DNA of 64,000 nucleotides. Source: a virus. The stretch is taken from positions 9,186-73,185 of the IMG/VR virus record IMGVR_UViG_3300049435_000050; one strand, written 5' to 3'. The notes beneath the pieces were generated by a model. It did not search any database. It had not been told where the DNA came from and was given only the letters and a program-made list of their open reading frames with translations. This document shows positions 37,799-48,400 of the stretch, in pieces. Within the stretch, counting starts at the first letter, position 1, and every line of letters begins with the position of its first letter. The position numbers were made by a program, and so were the translations under genes.

Positions 37799-38070
37799 AA
37801 ATTACAATCACAATAGCCCTGATATTAGTAGCTTCTATCAGTATGGCACAAACTAAAGCAGACACTTCCAAACGTTACCGCTTTTCCGAGCCGGACGTTA
37901 TACTTATTGACCAACTTATGGGGCAGTTAGATATTGTAAGCGGAAACAGCGACAAGGTAAGCACAGCACAGTATAACGCTATACGCCACTCCATAGCAAG
38001 AGTAGACAGTCTGATAAAGGCGCAGTATAGCAAATTCCACCCTGCTAAATCCGAGCCTAAGAAGCCATGA
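37795..38070 (+). CDS. Secreted protein (signal peptide, Gln at +1)
   Basis: MKITITIALILVASISMA|QTKADTS. Confidence 0.7.
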   Translation: MKITITIALILVASISMAQTKADTSKRYRFSEPDVILIDQLMGQLDIVSGNSDKVSTAQYNAIRHSIARVDSLIKAQYSKFHPAKSEPKKP

Positions 38071-38229
38071 TTAACGACCATAACTTCTTCACCAGGATAA
38101 CCAAGCCACGGTTTCCTGTGCGCAAAACATACTCTAAGCAGGAGATAACATTTTATTTAGAAGTTTTTGCATCTTTAAGAGTAACTTTGAAAAAGTAATT
38201 AACATAATTTCAAACATAAATAATCAAAA

Positions 38230-38817
38230 ATGAGCATCCTTTCCCCCCTTATTTCAATTTGGACGTGGTTCAAAAAAAATGTCATTGATCATGCCAAAGA
38301 CGCAGCTAAAGTGGCTGTAACTATAACAGAGACCGTAAAAACTCTTTTAAATAACCCATTAACTGGCTTCCTGTTAAACCTTGCTGATGGTATCACCCAT
38401 ACACAGTTGCCAACAGAGGTAGCAACTTTTGTAAACAACCAGATACCTAAAATATTGGCTGTTGAATTAGCTATTGAGGGTTTGCCGGATAATCCTACTG
38501 AAGTTGATATTTTAGCCTTTGAACAACGTGTATTAACCGCTTTCTCCGTTCACGATGACAAGAGCAAGCTATACACGGTACTCGCGGCACAGATATACAG
38601 AATTTTAAAGGATAAGCTGGCTGACGGTAAGTTAACTTTTGCAGAAGGTGTACAAGCTATACAGGAATCATGGTTAGCCTATCAGGTTGATTTAGCCGCT
38701 AATACGGGGGTTGTAGACGCTCCGGTTGGTACAGTGCTGCCAAATGGCAATATTGTCGTGGAGAGCGCCGCAGATGCCTTAAATGACATTAAAAACGATC
38801 AAGTAGTCCCGCAATAA
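38230..38817 (+). CDS. Hypothetical protein with amphipathic N-terminus, convergent with the lysis genes
   Basis: 195-aa ORF with A-rich leader. Confidence 0.6.
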   Translation: MSILSPLISIWTWFKKNVIDHAKDAAKVAVTITETVKTLLNNPLTGFLLNLADGITHTQLPTEVATFVNNQIPKILAVELAIEGLPDNPTEVDILAFEQRVLTAFSVHDDKSKLYTVLAAQIYRILKDKLADGKLTFAEGVQAIQESWLAYQVDLAANTGVVDAPVGTVLPNGNIVVESAADALNDIKNDQVVPQ

Positions 38818-38889
38818 GCCCGTGGTATTTACGGGCATGGGACTGGATTAAAGAAACTCCGTTTCATGTGGAGTAAATAGTGATTATGA

Positions 38890-38916
38890 GCCGGGTTTGG
38901 TCGCCCGGCTTTTTTA
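38890..38916 (+). terminator. Intrinsic terminator at the convergence point
   Basis: AGCCGGG-TTTGGTCG-CCCGGCT then a T-run. Confidence 0.75.
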
Positions 38917-39210
38917 GTTCTTACCTGGTACCTCAACCTTGACAGTGTCGGTATTAACAACTGTTTTGGTAATTGTACCGTCATCTGTTTTAGTTACCTC
39001 TTTAGTAGGATCAGCAGGAGTAAAGAAGTTTTTTACCAAATAAGCAACACCACCAGCTAACGCAGCCATACCTATCTGTTTCCAGTTAAATACAAATTGA
39101 CCATTAGCAATAGCCTGTTGAATGATAAACAGTGAAGGTGTGCCTACTGCCATAATAAGACCCTTAATGGCATCATTCCAGTTCAGGGTGAAAAGCGGTG
39201 AAGATTTCAT
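38914..39210 (-). CDS. Holin-like two-TM protein
   Basis: DAIKGLIMAV...NWKQIGMAALAGGVAYLVKNFFT, adjacent to the endolysin. Confidence 0.7.
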   Translation of the reverse strand: MKSSPLFTLNWNDAIKGLIMAVGTPSLFIIQQAIANGQFVFNWKQIGMAALAGGVAYLVKNFFTPADPTKEVTKTDDGTITKTVVNTDTVKVEVPGKN

Positions 39211-39257
39211 GTTGTTTTAGTTTTTACGTATAAATTAAAATAGTGTGTTGTCTTATT

Positions 39258-39776
39258 TTAGATATTTACAAATTCAGTCCCCGATATAAAGTTCTTTGCG
39301 TTGTGAAGTGCTAATAAATCTCTCCAATTATGCCCTAATTTATTTTCAAGGTGCGGATAATCTTTAAAGTTTCCCGAAAAATCCCCGCCCCAAGTAAAAC
39401 CATGTGACTTAAAAATATTAACTACAGTCATCCAATCATGGTTTACTTCCCATTTATCAACTCCGTTTACCTGCAAATGAAAGTCCAAAGCCATCGCGTA
39501 ATTGTGGTACGATTGCCCCGGCTTGGCATTACTTACAATACTACCCGGTGTAGTTCTGCCCTGATCGTATAAGGCCTGGCTCTCAGCGAACGTTCTGTAT
39601 GTTTGATCTATAACAGGATGTATACCTACTGGAGTAGCTTTAACAGCCTCGTTGTATGCGTCAATGGCAGACTGCCTAATTTTGGGGTGTAACAGATTTA
39701 GTTTGTCTAATGAAGTCATATCGTAATTTAAAAATGATGTATGAACTACCTCTCCGTCTATTGTTACAAATCCCAT
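39258..39776 (-). CDS. Endolysin, M15 (L-Ala-D-Glu) peptidase
   Basis: YRTFAESQALYDQGRT, SYHNYAMALD, WGGDF, DYPHLE. Confidence 0.92.
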   Translation of the reverse strand: MGFVTIDGEVVHTSFLNYDMTSLDKLNLLHPKIRQSAIDAYNEAVKATPVGIHPVIDQTYRTFAESQALYDQGRTTPGSIVSNAKPGQSYHNYAMALDFHLQVNGVDKWEVNHDWMTVVNIFKSHGFTWGGDFSGNFKDYPHLENKLGHNWRDLLALHNAKNFISGTEFVNI

Positions 39777-39778
39777 TT

Positions 39779-39868
39779 CTACACTTTCCTATTTGCTGCC
39801 CAAATACCTATCATTACTATTATAGCAAGTGTTATGCTTAAATAGAATAGGATATAGGTTGCAGTCAT
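39779..39868 (-). CDS. 29-aa single-TM peptide
   Basis: MTATYILFYLSITLAIIVMIGIWAANRKV. Confidence 0.45.
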   Translation of the reverse strand: MTATYILFYLSITLAIIVMIGIWAANRKV

Positions 39869-39890
39869 TTATTAAATCTACAAAGTATTT

Positions 39891-39974
39891 TTATACTTTC
39901 CTAATCTTATCCCACCCTATGGCTAAAACAAGTGAGAGGGCTATTACTACTAATATTATAATGTATGGGTTCAT
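39891..39974 (-). CDS. 27-aa single-TM peptide
   Basis: MNPYIIILVVIALSLVLAIGWDKIRKV; ATG overlaps the upstream TGA. Confidence 0.5.
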   Translation of the reverse strand: MNPYIIILVVIALSLVLAIGWDKIRKV

Positions 39975-42358
39975 AATCCTTGAATATATCCAAAGCGGCC
40001 ATCGATCAAATACCACCATCTGTTGACAGCCGGATTAACCGCTGCCTGTATCGTAAAATCACTGTTGCCTCCCGCATTTACAGCGCGAACTACAAAGTTT
40101 GTTGGTGACTGCGTGGCGGTAGGTGTGCCACTGACTACCCCGGTTGTACTTGATAGCGATAACCCAACGGGTAGTGTACCCGACAACAAACTGTACGATG
40201 TGGAAATTCCCCCACTGTTGGTAGGCGATATTGGAGTTATAGGCTGTCCCTGCACATAAATGACGCTGCTGTAGACATAGCTAATCGATGGTGCAGGAAT
40301 TTGATTAATTGCGACGGTAACGTGTGTTGTTGAACTTCCCCCTGAATTAGAGCCTACAATCGTATAAGATGTGCTACCTGATACAACCGTTCCAGTTCCG
40401 CTTATAACTCCATTTGAAGTGCTGAAATTGAGCGAGGCGGGCAAAGCGGGGCTAATAGTAAATCCTGTAGCAGCCCCACCAACATTTATTGGTGACATAT
40501 TCGTGATCGCTACGTTAATCGTTCCTGTTTGTGAACTTGGAGAGTACGAGATATTTGGCGGTGTTACAGCAGGCGGAATAACACTGATTGATATAGGAAA
40601 CACAGACGAACCACCTGCATTTTGTGCAGTAATATTATATGCCGTTGCTGATTGTGTTACGCTTGGCGTGCCTGAGATTACCCCGGTACTTGTGTTTAGG
40701 GATAGGCCTGAAACAAGTGCAGGTGATACACTATAGCTGCTTACAAGACCACCTGAGTTGGCAGGACTTAGCGGCACAATGGCACTATTTTGTGTAAAGG
40801 TAAAAGGACTTCCTGCATAGCTTATGCTTGGTTTAACAGGCAAAACTGTGATCGTCACCCCGGCATTTGAACTTCCTGAACTATTTGAGGCCGTAACCGT
40901 GTACACTACTGCTGTCTGTACCACGCTTGGAGTCCCGCTGAATGTGCCTGAATTAAAGGTAATGCCTGTGGGAACACTTGGGCTTACTGACCATGTAGTT
41001 ATCGCTCCACCGGTATTGGACGCGCTCAGAGGCGTTATAGCAGTGTTTACGGTCTTAGTAATGGTATTGGGGGAATAAGATATGGATGGCTTTACTATTA
41101 CCGGGGCTTGGGTCTTGATATTAATTACCGTAGTTCCCGTACCACCGCCATTAAGGGCGCTCACCGTATAGTTTGTAGCTGTCGTAACAGTGCTTGGGTT
41201 TCCCGAGATAATGCCTGTAGTGGCAGATATGACAAGGCCAGTGGGTAACGCAGGGCTGACTGACCACTGATTGCTACCGCCGCCAGTATTTGTTGGTATA
41301 ATGCTTGCTATTGCTGTACCTGTAGTAAAGGTATAAGTTGCCGGAGTATAGGATATTATAGGTATAGGTACGGTTACGGAGCAAGTGCCAAACAATGGTA
41401 CAGGCAACATAGCTGCCGTTATAGTTGGGTCTGCTTTCCCTGCCGGAGTATTGGTATTCCATCCATTGGGCGCAAACGCCGTGTTAGGGTCGAACCAAAT
41501 GGAAGATGTTTGTCCTGCCGCATTAATAAAATTAATCTTATTGTTAGCCATAGTGATGTTATAACTGGCAACAAAGGGATTAGTATAATTACCAAAGGCT
41601 AACCCCACAGTGGACACAGGTAGCCTATTGCTGTATATCCTGTTATTGGACATTATGATGTCATGACCGCCTTGAACTTGGCATCCTTCCATCCCCGCCG
41701 TTACATAAGTATTAAATTCTCCGTCTTGAAAACTTCCCCCCAAATCGCCCAAAACTGTCCCCGCAAGCCCTGTTGACTCTGTACTACCACCCTCACACTC
41801 ATTGTAAAAATGCTGCATGTAATCAGTCGATAACCCGTTCACTTTAAAGAAAGAAAACTGATCGCCTATGTTAACATTATTAGTGGTGTGGTAGGATTTG
41901 TTATAGTTAGCACGTAATCCGCCGCCTGATACGCCATTCCATTGTATTGAACAGCCCCCTTTGGTTGGCCTACCTACTTGCTCGCAGTTTTTAAAATAGT
42001 TGTAGTTGTTAACTATGAAGCCATTTGTGACCGCCTGTACTAAGATACCATAAGAGTCATTTTCAAAATAACAGGTGTCTACTGTAATATTTGAGCCACC
42101 ATGTATATCGACAGCACCACTGTAAGATGCCGTAGAAGCGTTAATAAGCTTGCACTTAGTGATATGTATGTTGGTACAGTTTGTTAATCGTATACAGAAC
42201 TGTCCCCCCGCCGCGTTGATACTGTCTCCGCTTATGGTTTGATTGGATACGTTTGACAGGGTTATAGTGGCGTGATTGGTGAAAGTACCGCATCCGGGAA
42301 CGGCCTGTCCAAAGCACCAAAAAGGCACAAGTAAAAGTAATAGGGTTAATCGCTTCAT
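39971..42358 (-). CDS. Signal-peptide protein with beta-helix domain and about 5 He_PIG-like Ig repeats
   Basis: MKRLTLLLLLVPFWCFG|Q; NITVDTCYFEN-type coils; repeated ISY..LP.GL....TG.ISGTP. Confidence 0.82.
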   Translation of the reverse strand: MKRLTLLLLLVPFWCFGQAVPGCGTFTNHATITLSNVSNQTISGDSINAAGGQFCIRLTNCTNIHITKCKLINASTASYSGAVDIHGGSNITVDTCYFENDSYGILVQAVTNGFIVNNYNYFKNCEQVGRPTKGGCSIQWNGVSGGGLRANYNKSYHTTNNVNIGDQFSFFKVNGLSTDYMQHFYNECEGGSTESTGLAGTVLGDLGGSFQDGEFNTYVTAGMEGCQVQGGHDIIMSNNRIYSNRLPVSTVGLAFGNYTNPFVASYNITMANNKINFINAAGQTSSIWFDPNTAFAPNGWNTNTPAGKADPTITAAMLPVPLFGTCSVTVPIPIISYTPATYTFTTGTAIASIIPTNTGGGSNQWSVSPALPTGLVISATTGIISGNPSTVTTATNYTVSALNGGGTGTTVINIKTQAPVIVKPSISYSPNTITKTVNTAITPLSASNTGGAITTWSVSPSVPTGITFNSGTFSGTPSVVQTAVVYTVTASNSSGSSNAGVTITVLPVKPSISYAGSPFTFTQNSAIVPLSPANSGGLVSSYSVSPALVSGLSLNTSTGVISGTPSVTQSATAYNITAQNAGGSSVFPISISVIPPAVTPPNISYSPSSQTGTINVAITNMSPINVGGAATGFTISPALPASLNFSTSNGVISGTGTVVSGSTSYTIVGSNSGGSSTTHVTVAINQIPAPSISYVYSSVIYVQGQPITPISPTNSGGISTSYSLLSGTLPVGLSLSSTTGVVSGTPTATQSPTNFVVRAVNAGGNSDFTIQAAVNPAVNRWWYLIDGRFGYIQGL

Positions 42359-42389
42359 TGTAAATTAATTATGACTATAAATCTATGTA

Positions 42390-42785
42390 TTATTTTTTAG
42401 CAAACCAAGTAGCTAAAATTGCAGCAACCATTAAGGCTATTGTAATTGCGATCTGCGTAGTACTCATTCTGCCCGATGTGGCAGCCTGATTAGTTTGGAG
42501 GGCAAGCATCGCGGCAGCAACTTCTTTTTTGAATGACTCGAATAAAAGTGCCATCTGTGCAGCGGCCGCATCCTTGTTTTTTATCTCATTTTCAGCATTA
42601 CGCATGATGAGTTCCCTAAATTCGCGGTCATGTGAAAGGGTTAATTGCTGTATTTCCTTGAGGTGTGATATTTGCCCGCGTGTAAATTCCTTTTCAGCAA
42701 GTGAAAGATCGTTAAGGCGCTTGACTTCGGTATCTACGTGTTGGATAGCGGCTTTGGTCGGATCTGGTAGTTTAGCCTTCGGCAT
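42390..42785 (-). CDS. Coiled-coil protein with C-terminal TM, possibly lysis-associated
   Basis: IAITIALMVAAILATWF C-terminus. Confidence 0.55.
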   Translation of the reverse strand: MPKAKLPDPTKAAIQHVDTEVKRLNDLSLAEKEFTRGQISHLKEIQQLTLSHDREFRELIMRNAENEIKNKDAAAAQMALLFESFKKEVAAAMLALQTNQAATSGRMSTTQIAITIALMVAAILATWFAKK

Positions 42786-42786
42786 G

Positions 42787-43041
42787 TTATTTCCCTTTAG
42801 ACAGAATCAAAGCAGTGAGTTTATCGATCTTCTCATGCAATGGGTTCATGTGGTCTTTAAACTTTTCATCCACTATACGCTGTATAGCTTCATCCCTGCT
42901 GTCAGACCAGTATTTGAAAACATAATAAATAGCCGTATGGGTAAGTCCATACAGAGTAGCCCACGGTAATAAATTCACTAAGACGATATACCACGGACTT
43001 TGAGGTGGTTCAGGTAAAGCCATTTCTCTATTATTATTCAT
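42787..43041 (-). CDS. Small TM/coiled-coil protein, holin-like
   Basis: TM segment followed by a short coiled coil. Confidence 0.5.
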   Translation of the reverse strand: MNNNREMALPEPPQSPWYIVLVNLLPWATLYGLTHTAIYYVFKYWSDSRDEAIQRIVDEKFKDHMNPLHEKIDKLTALILSKGK

Positions 43042-43042
43042 G

Positions 43043-43402
43043 TTAAAACATTTTCAATCGCTTGCCACAGATCAATACTATCATAGTAACGCAAGCCACA
43101 CCAGTATTAAAACACCAAAACTTCGTTATCGGGTCAATTAACAATTGATGATGGTTCAAGATAATCAAAATATAATTAATAATTAAAGTCCAAAAGCATA
43201 TTAAGTTAAATTCCTTGTGCCAAATACTTTCAAACCCTGTTCGTTGGTCTATGTAAAAGAATAACAACATAGCTAAGTTTAAATAGTTGTAGAACAACTT
43301 CTTTTGCTCTATAGGCACATCTGGATTTGTCAATTGAAGTATATACAGGCTAAAAAGCACACAATATAACAAAATTGCCCCTATGCATAATAACGACCTC
43401 AT
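43043..43402 (-). CDS. Four-TM membrane protein
   Basis: Start re-assigned to MRSLLCIG (ATGA overlap with the upstream peptide gene); four hydrophobic segments. Confidence 0.6.
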   Translation of the reverse strand: MRSLLCIGAILLYCVLFSLYILQLTNPDVPIEQKKLFYNYLNLAMLLFFYIDQRTGFESIWHKEFNLICFWTLIINYILIILNHHQLLIDPITKFWCFNTGVACVTMIVLICGKRLKMF

Positions 43403-43521
43403 TCGCCAATATCTGGGACGCACTTCCCTTGTGAGTTGCGATAATAACCTGGTGGGCAAGCAGGAGGATCGGTCATTGGTTTCACCACCGGCTTCTTTGT
43501 TTTTGTTGTTTTCTTTGCCAT
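43399..43521 (-). CDS. 40-aa basic peptide with a two-Cys loop
   Basis: MAKKTTKTKKPVVKPMTDPPACPPGYYRNSQGKCVPDIGE. Confidence 0.55.
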   Translation of the reverse strand: MAKKTTKTKKPVVKPMTDPPACPPGYYRNSQGKCVPDIGE

Positions 43522-43808
43522 TTTTTTAATTATTTTCGTTAGTAAGTCTTTCAAGTTCCTCTCTGCGCTTTTTCAACATAGCCACCATATCCATTCTGTG
43601 CTGGCTTGGGTCGCAATCATCTAAGGCATCTGTTAAAAACTCGATGTCGTCTATCAGGATTAAGGTTAAGAGCTTTTTCATTAAGGTAATAATTTTTTAT
43701 AAGCATCGCATCTACTTGCTTCTATTTCTTCCTCTGTGGCCTTTGTCAACTGGCTTTTCCGTCTATTATTACTACACCGGATACGCTTAGCCATTGCCGT
43801 GATTATTT

Positions 43809-44102
43809 TTAAATTTCTTCTAACCATCGCTTTTTACCATCAACCAAAATATGGCAGTCGCCATCCCCGTTGCAGATAACGTCACATTCTTTAAAGTTGT
43901 AATCAACCACATTCTTACTGAAATGATCACCCAATGGGCTGTCCATAGGTACTGACACCTGCCTTATAGTCACACTTTCGCCATGAATCTTATATTTGCC
44001 TTCGTTTATCAAGGCTGCAATGATGGATTTAAGTAAGGATATCTGCACGTCTTTGTGGTGAAGTTGTTTTTCTGTTTCGGTTATGGGGATTGCAGTTTTC
44101 AT
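43809..44102 (-). CDS. Hypothetical protein
   Basis: 97-aa ORF. Confidence 0.5.
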   Translation of the reverse strand: MKTAIPITETEKQLHHKDVQISLLKSIIAALINEGKYKIHGESVTIRQVSVPMDSPLGDHFSKNVVDYNFKECDVICNGDGDCHILVDGKKRWLEEI

Positions 44103-44104
44103 AA

Positions 44105-45463
44105 CTATGGTGTTAAATAACTATTAATTACTGGCCTGATTAACGAATCTACTCTTTGCGCTCCAATTAAGCTTAGATGCGTTTGTCCATCAAAAAAATA
44201 AACTGTATTAGTCGGATCGGATAGGTGCGGGTCTGCATTAATGTCCAAAAGTGTATCTACGGCTAGTGTATGCCACCTATTTCGATATCGGTTGTTGATC
44301 GTGTCGGTTAGTGATTGAGCATAAACGGTAGTATTTAGCAATGTTAATAAAACCACCTTGTATCCGGCCGCTCTTGCCAATGAACATATTCTAACTGTTT
44401 GATTATATAAAGTGTCTATTCCGACATGATTGGGCGCTACAGTAAGATTATTATGTCCAATTAGCAAAGAATAACACATTTTTACTCTTGGCTGAGCTTT
44501 ATTTACAACTTCACTATTTAAGCTGTCGATGACATTTTGAGAGTTACGTCCTGAAACAGCTGAATTAATAAGATAAAGGTATCTCGTAGAAGGCAATAAA
44601 TCGATAAGCGTATAAACAGGATAGTTATAAGATGGTGAACCTTGTGCTGTGGCTGTTATACTATCGCCCCCGGAATTCCATAATCCCGGTATTGGTGTAA
44701 TATATCTTGCTATTAAATATGTAGTTAGTGTTAATACCTCTGAATCAGACAACTGCCTGTCGTAAACAAGTATGCGCGATATATCGCCTATGAAATAGTT
44801 CAGTCCCGTTATTTTCCCTATTATATGGCCGCCTGTCGGGGCTATTGGGTTGGCTGTTAAATTTAATGGCGTGAATTTATTAGCTAAACAGTTATATATT
44901 TTTGTATTGGACGCAGAATGAGAACAAACTACAATCTCATCCACATCATTCCCCGTAAAAAAATCAGCCGATTCCTCTGAAGTGACACCCGGATAGTACA
45001 CCCCTGAATTAATGCCTCGCGTAGACCCCAAAAAATCAACTAATCCATATCCGTTATTAGTATTTCCATTTTGAAAAGTCCCCAAATTGGAATTTGCTGA
45101 AACCATAGGCGATACGCGCCTGATAATTACCATTGTGAAATTCGTACTTGAAGTGGGCAGATTCCCCGCCAAAAACTGCCCACCTGAAAATGTTGCATAT
45201 GCATTATTTCCACTGCCCCCATTATGGTGATATATTGGCTGTTTTGTCGTGTCCGACTGTGAAGAAATGATCGATCCTACCGCGTCTGTGATCTGCGTAA
45301 TTTTATTGTGATAAGTAACTACCGAATTTTGATTAGAGAAATCAAAATCTGTTATAAGATTGCTTATTGAAGGCAATGATGTACTTGTCTGAATAATCTT
45401 TCTGTTGATTTTTTGGCCAAGTACCGATAAAGGAAATAGTAATAAAAATAATATAAACTTCAT
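44105..45463 (-). CDS. Signal-peptide protein: LamG/ConA-like domain plus SGNH esterase
   Basis: MKFILFLLLFPLSVLG|Q; FIGDISRILVYDRQLS; GDSIT, NSAVSG, IGHNN, FFDGQTHL. Confidence 0.82.
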   Translation of the reverse strand: MKFILFLLLFPLSVLGQKINRKIIQTSTSLPSISNLITDFDFSNQNSVVTYHNKITQITDAVGSIISSQSDTTKQPIYHHNGGSGNNAYATFSGGQFLAGNLPTSSTNFTMVIIRRVSPMVSANSNLGTFQNGNTNNGYGLVDFLGSTRGINSGVYYPGVTSEESADFFTGNDVDEIVVCSHSASNTKIYNCLANKFTPLNLTANPIAPTGGHIIGKITGLNYFIGDISRILVYDRQLSDSEVLTLTTYLIARYITPIPGLWNSGGDSITATAQGSPSYNYPVYTLIDLLPSTRYLYLINSAVSGRNSQNVIDSLNSEVVNKAQPRVKMCYSLLIGHNNLTVAPNHVGIDTLYNQTVRICSLARAAGYKVVLLTLLNTTVYAQSLTDTINNRYRNRWHTLAVDTLLDINADPHLSDPTNTVYFFDGQTHLSLIGAQRVDSLIRPVINSYLTP

Positions 45464-48400
45464 TATTTTTGAGTTATGGTTGAAATCGCATCATACGTTA
45501 CTGTGCCTGTCACGGTTGCCGTGACAGTTATGGTTGAACCCGATTTACACCATATAACTGAAGGCGCGAAATCAGAAACAGAGATTGCCGTTAATGCCGT
45601 ATATGTTTTAGATTGGCTTGTGTTATTTTCATCAGTATATGTAAAAGATAAAGTTAATGTCCCCGCAGTTACTGCGGTTATATCTGCTGCAATATTTACA
45701 GTGTATAACCCGGCATAAGTTGTTGTAAATGATTGTACGGTCTGCGTAGTTGTTTGCGCAGTTTTACTACCTGATATATCCCACGGTGCGTTAAACACCG
45801 TTGATCCAATATTCATTGAGAATAAACCATTTTGTAGCATTTGAAAGTAAGGTTGGCCAGTTGTGTAAAAAACCAATCCTTTATTAGTCCCAACGCCTGC
45901 CACATTAGTTACAAACCATGTAGCTCCAGGGCCTAAGAATTCTGCCTGCGTTGTGCTGGAAAATATGGCGCCATTTCCTCCTGCATTATTATAAGTAATG
46001 CTTCCTGTAGTTGTCGAATTTCCAGATATATTAAACGATGCAGGTTGAACTACAATTGAATTCGTTTTTATAAAAGAGTTCTCAGGGACAGTATACGCAT
46101 TAAAGTAAGTACCGTCATAAACTACTTGCAGTATTTGGCCAGCTACAATATCGCCACTTTGTAATGTAGAAGTAGACTGCCTGTTAAGCGCTTTTACGCC
46201 CAAAGAATTTAAGTTCAATGTTGCAGTACTTGTGTTCGCATTTGTAAATTTTATTAAATAAGTATCGCCTGCGTTATATGCTACTGGTGCCGGGCTAATA
46301 GTAGCCGTATATGTATTAGTACCGGACGCAACAGCGTATAAAATGCCACCTGACCCGCCAAAATATTGAGGGATATTTAAAGTGCTACCAACCAATGTTG
46401 CCGCACCTGCTGTACCCGTTGTTGTCAGAATTATCGACTCCTGCTTACCTGCTAATGCCGTAAACACCCCACCTGATCGAACAGGAAACAAACTGCCTGC
46501 CGTAGGAGTAGAATCAATAGCTAAAGTAAATGGATTACCCACGCTTCCATCCCCTGTAAATGTTCCGGTAGCAAAGTTAACAGCCGGGTAATATTGAACT
46601 GACCAAGATGCGGCAGTCGTTCCAGATGTAAGGATGCAAGTATAAATAGCGGCTGAAGTGCCGATCATAGTTTGCACTAAGTTAGAGCCCGATGAGTTAA
46701 CGGTTACATTCCCTGTGCTGTTATTAACTATTAAAAATTGCTGATATTGAGTTAGCGTTGACGCAACAGGTAAAACAACTGTCTGTGTGGTAGTACCCGT
46801 AAAAAACGTTTGTGCGGGTGACGATACGGTGAGCGTTGTTGTACCGACTGCGGTGGCTATGGTTTGGCCGCCAGTTATAAAATTATTAGCAGAAAAATTA
46901 ACATTTGCATCCCATTTAGAAATTGTGCTTGCTGTTGGGGTTGATGTTCCCCCACCCCCTGAACCATTACTTGCCGCCGTTAACCTCCCCTTAGCATCTA
47001 CTGTAATATTCGCATTAGTGTAACTTCCTGCGCTTACGGCTGTATTAGCTAATGTTGCCGCTACGCTTCCCGGCCCTGATGCTGTAACGTCCCCTGTTAG
47101 GGCGGTGATATAGTTTCCTGATGCCTGTTTTCCGCTTATACCGGTAACTAAATTATTATAATCAGCCAGAAAGCCTGCCTTAGACTTTATTAATGTTGTA
47201 TCAACTTTAAATGTACTACTCCCCGAGGCGTCATATGTAGCTGTCCCAGAAACGAGCGCAATACCATATCCATAAGCTAAAGTTGCAAGGGTGGTATTGA
47301 AATTACTGGCAATACTATGCCCAGCTATGGTAAAATCATGCTTATACCTTGTGTCCGTACGTGGGAATAGATTAGTTACTGTTTGCAACCCCGTTGACGA
47401 AGTATCGGTCCTTATCGTATGATTAGGTGTAGTAGTAGGATTAGCCACACTGGAAATAATACCGAAGCCGTCTGTTTTCGAAAAGGAGGTTAACGTTCCT
47501 GTATGTAAAGCTGCCACACTATCAGCCATGAACCTTGCTATACTGTCAACCTGTCTTTTTGATGGAATATAATTCCCTGTTGGAAGTAAATAAACACCAT
47601 CGTAATAAGCAGCATTTGCATCAATAGTGCTACTGAAGTGCATTCCCGACGTGCCTGTGTTAAACCCCTGGTTCCCTGATCCGTTAGTGAAGTTAACAGC
47701 GGCACTATTACTGCTTGCATTAACTGTGGCCGTGTTACCCGCACCATTACTGCCGTTTATTTGCGCCTGTGCTGTCGAGACATTGATTCCGTAATGATCT
47801 CCGCCTGGATTGGTTATGTTAGTCCCGAAATTGTTAGCCCCCCATATCGTAGAGCCGTTTACGCCCCCGAAGTCTGTACCCGATATTGTAAAATTAAAAT
47901 TATTTATGTCGATAGACCTTGATGCCGTCAAAGACCCGCCAAGCCTTAAATTACCGCTGCTAAGCTGTACGCCGCCACCACTGGCCGTAAACGCAGGCGC
48001 GGCGCCTATCGTGTTATAGCTAATCGTTTTCGCCCCCGAGCCGTCAAAAGTAGTCCCAGACGATGCCCCTGTGCCTGAATTGTTCATCGTAAGGGGGAAG
48101 GTTGTAGTGCCGCCGCCGCCACCAACCAAACTAATGGTATCATTAGAGATGGTAAACTGCGTGGGGTTGAAATGAGCCGCATTGGCAGTCAGTGTATCTA
48201 TTAAAGCCTTGTGAGTCACAACACCCCCTTGTGACACCGTATCTATGCCGAAGTTTTGTCCGGTTAACGTAATTGGGAAAGTCGGTAGGTAGATTGCTTG
48301 GCTACTGAAAAACAGGTTACCAAATCCATCATCTTGTATTACCTCCCCGCTACGCCCGTGTCTGCTTGGAAATATGTATTCCCCCGCTACTTTTATGGTG

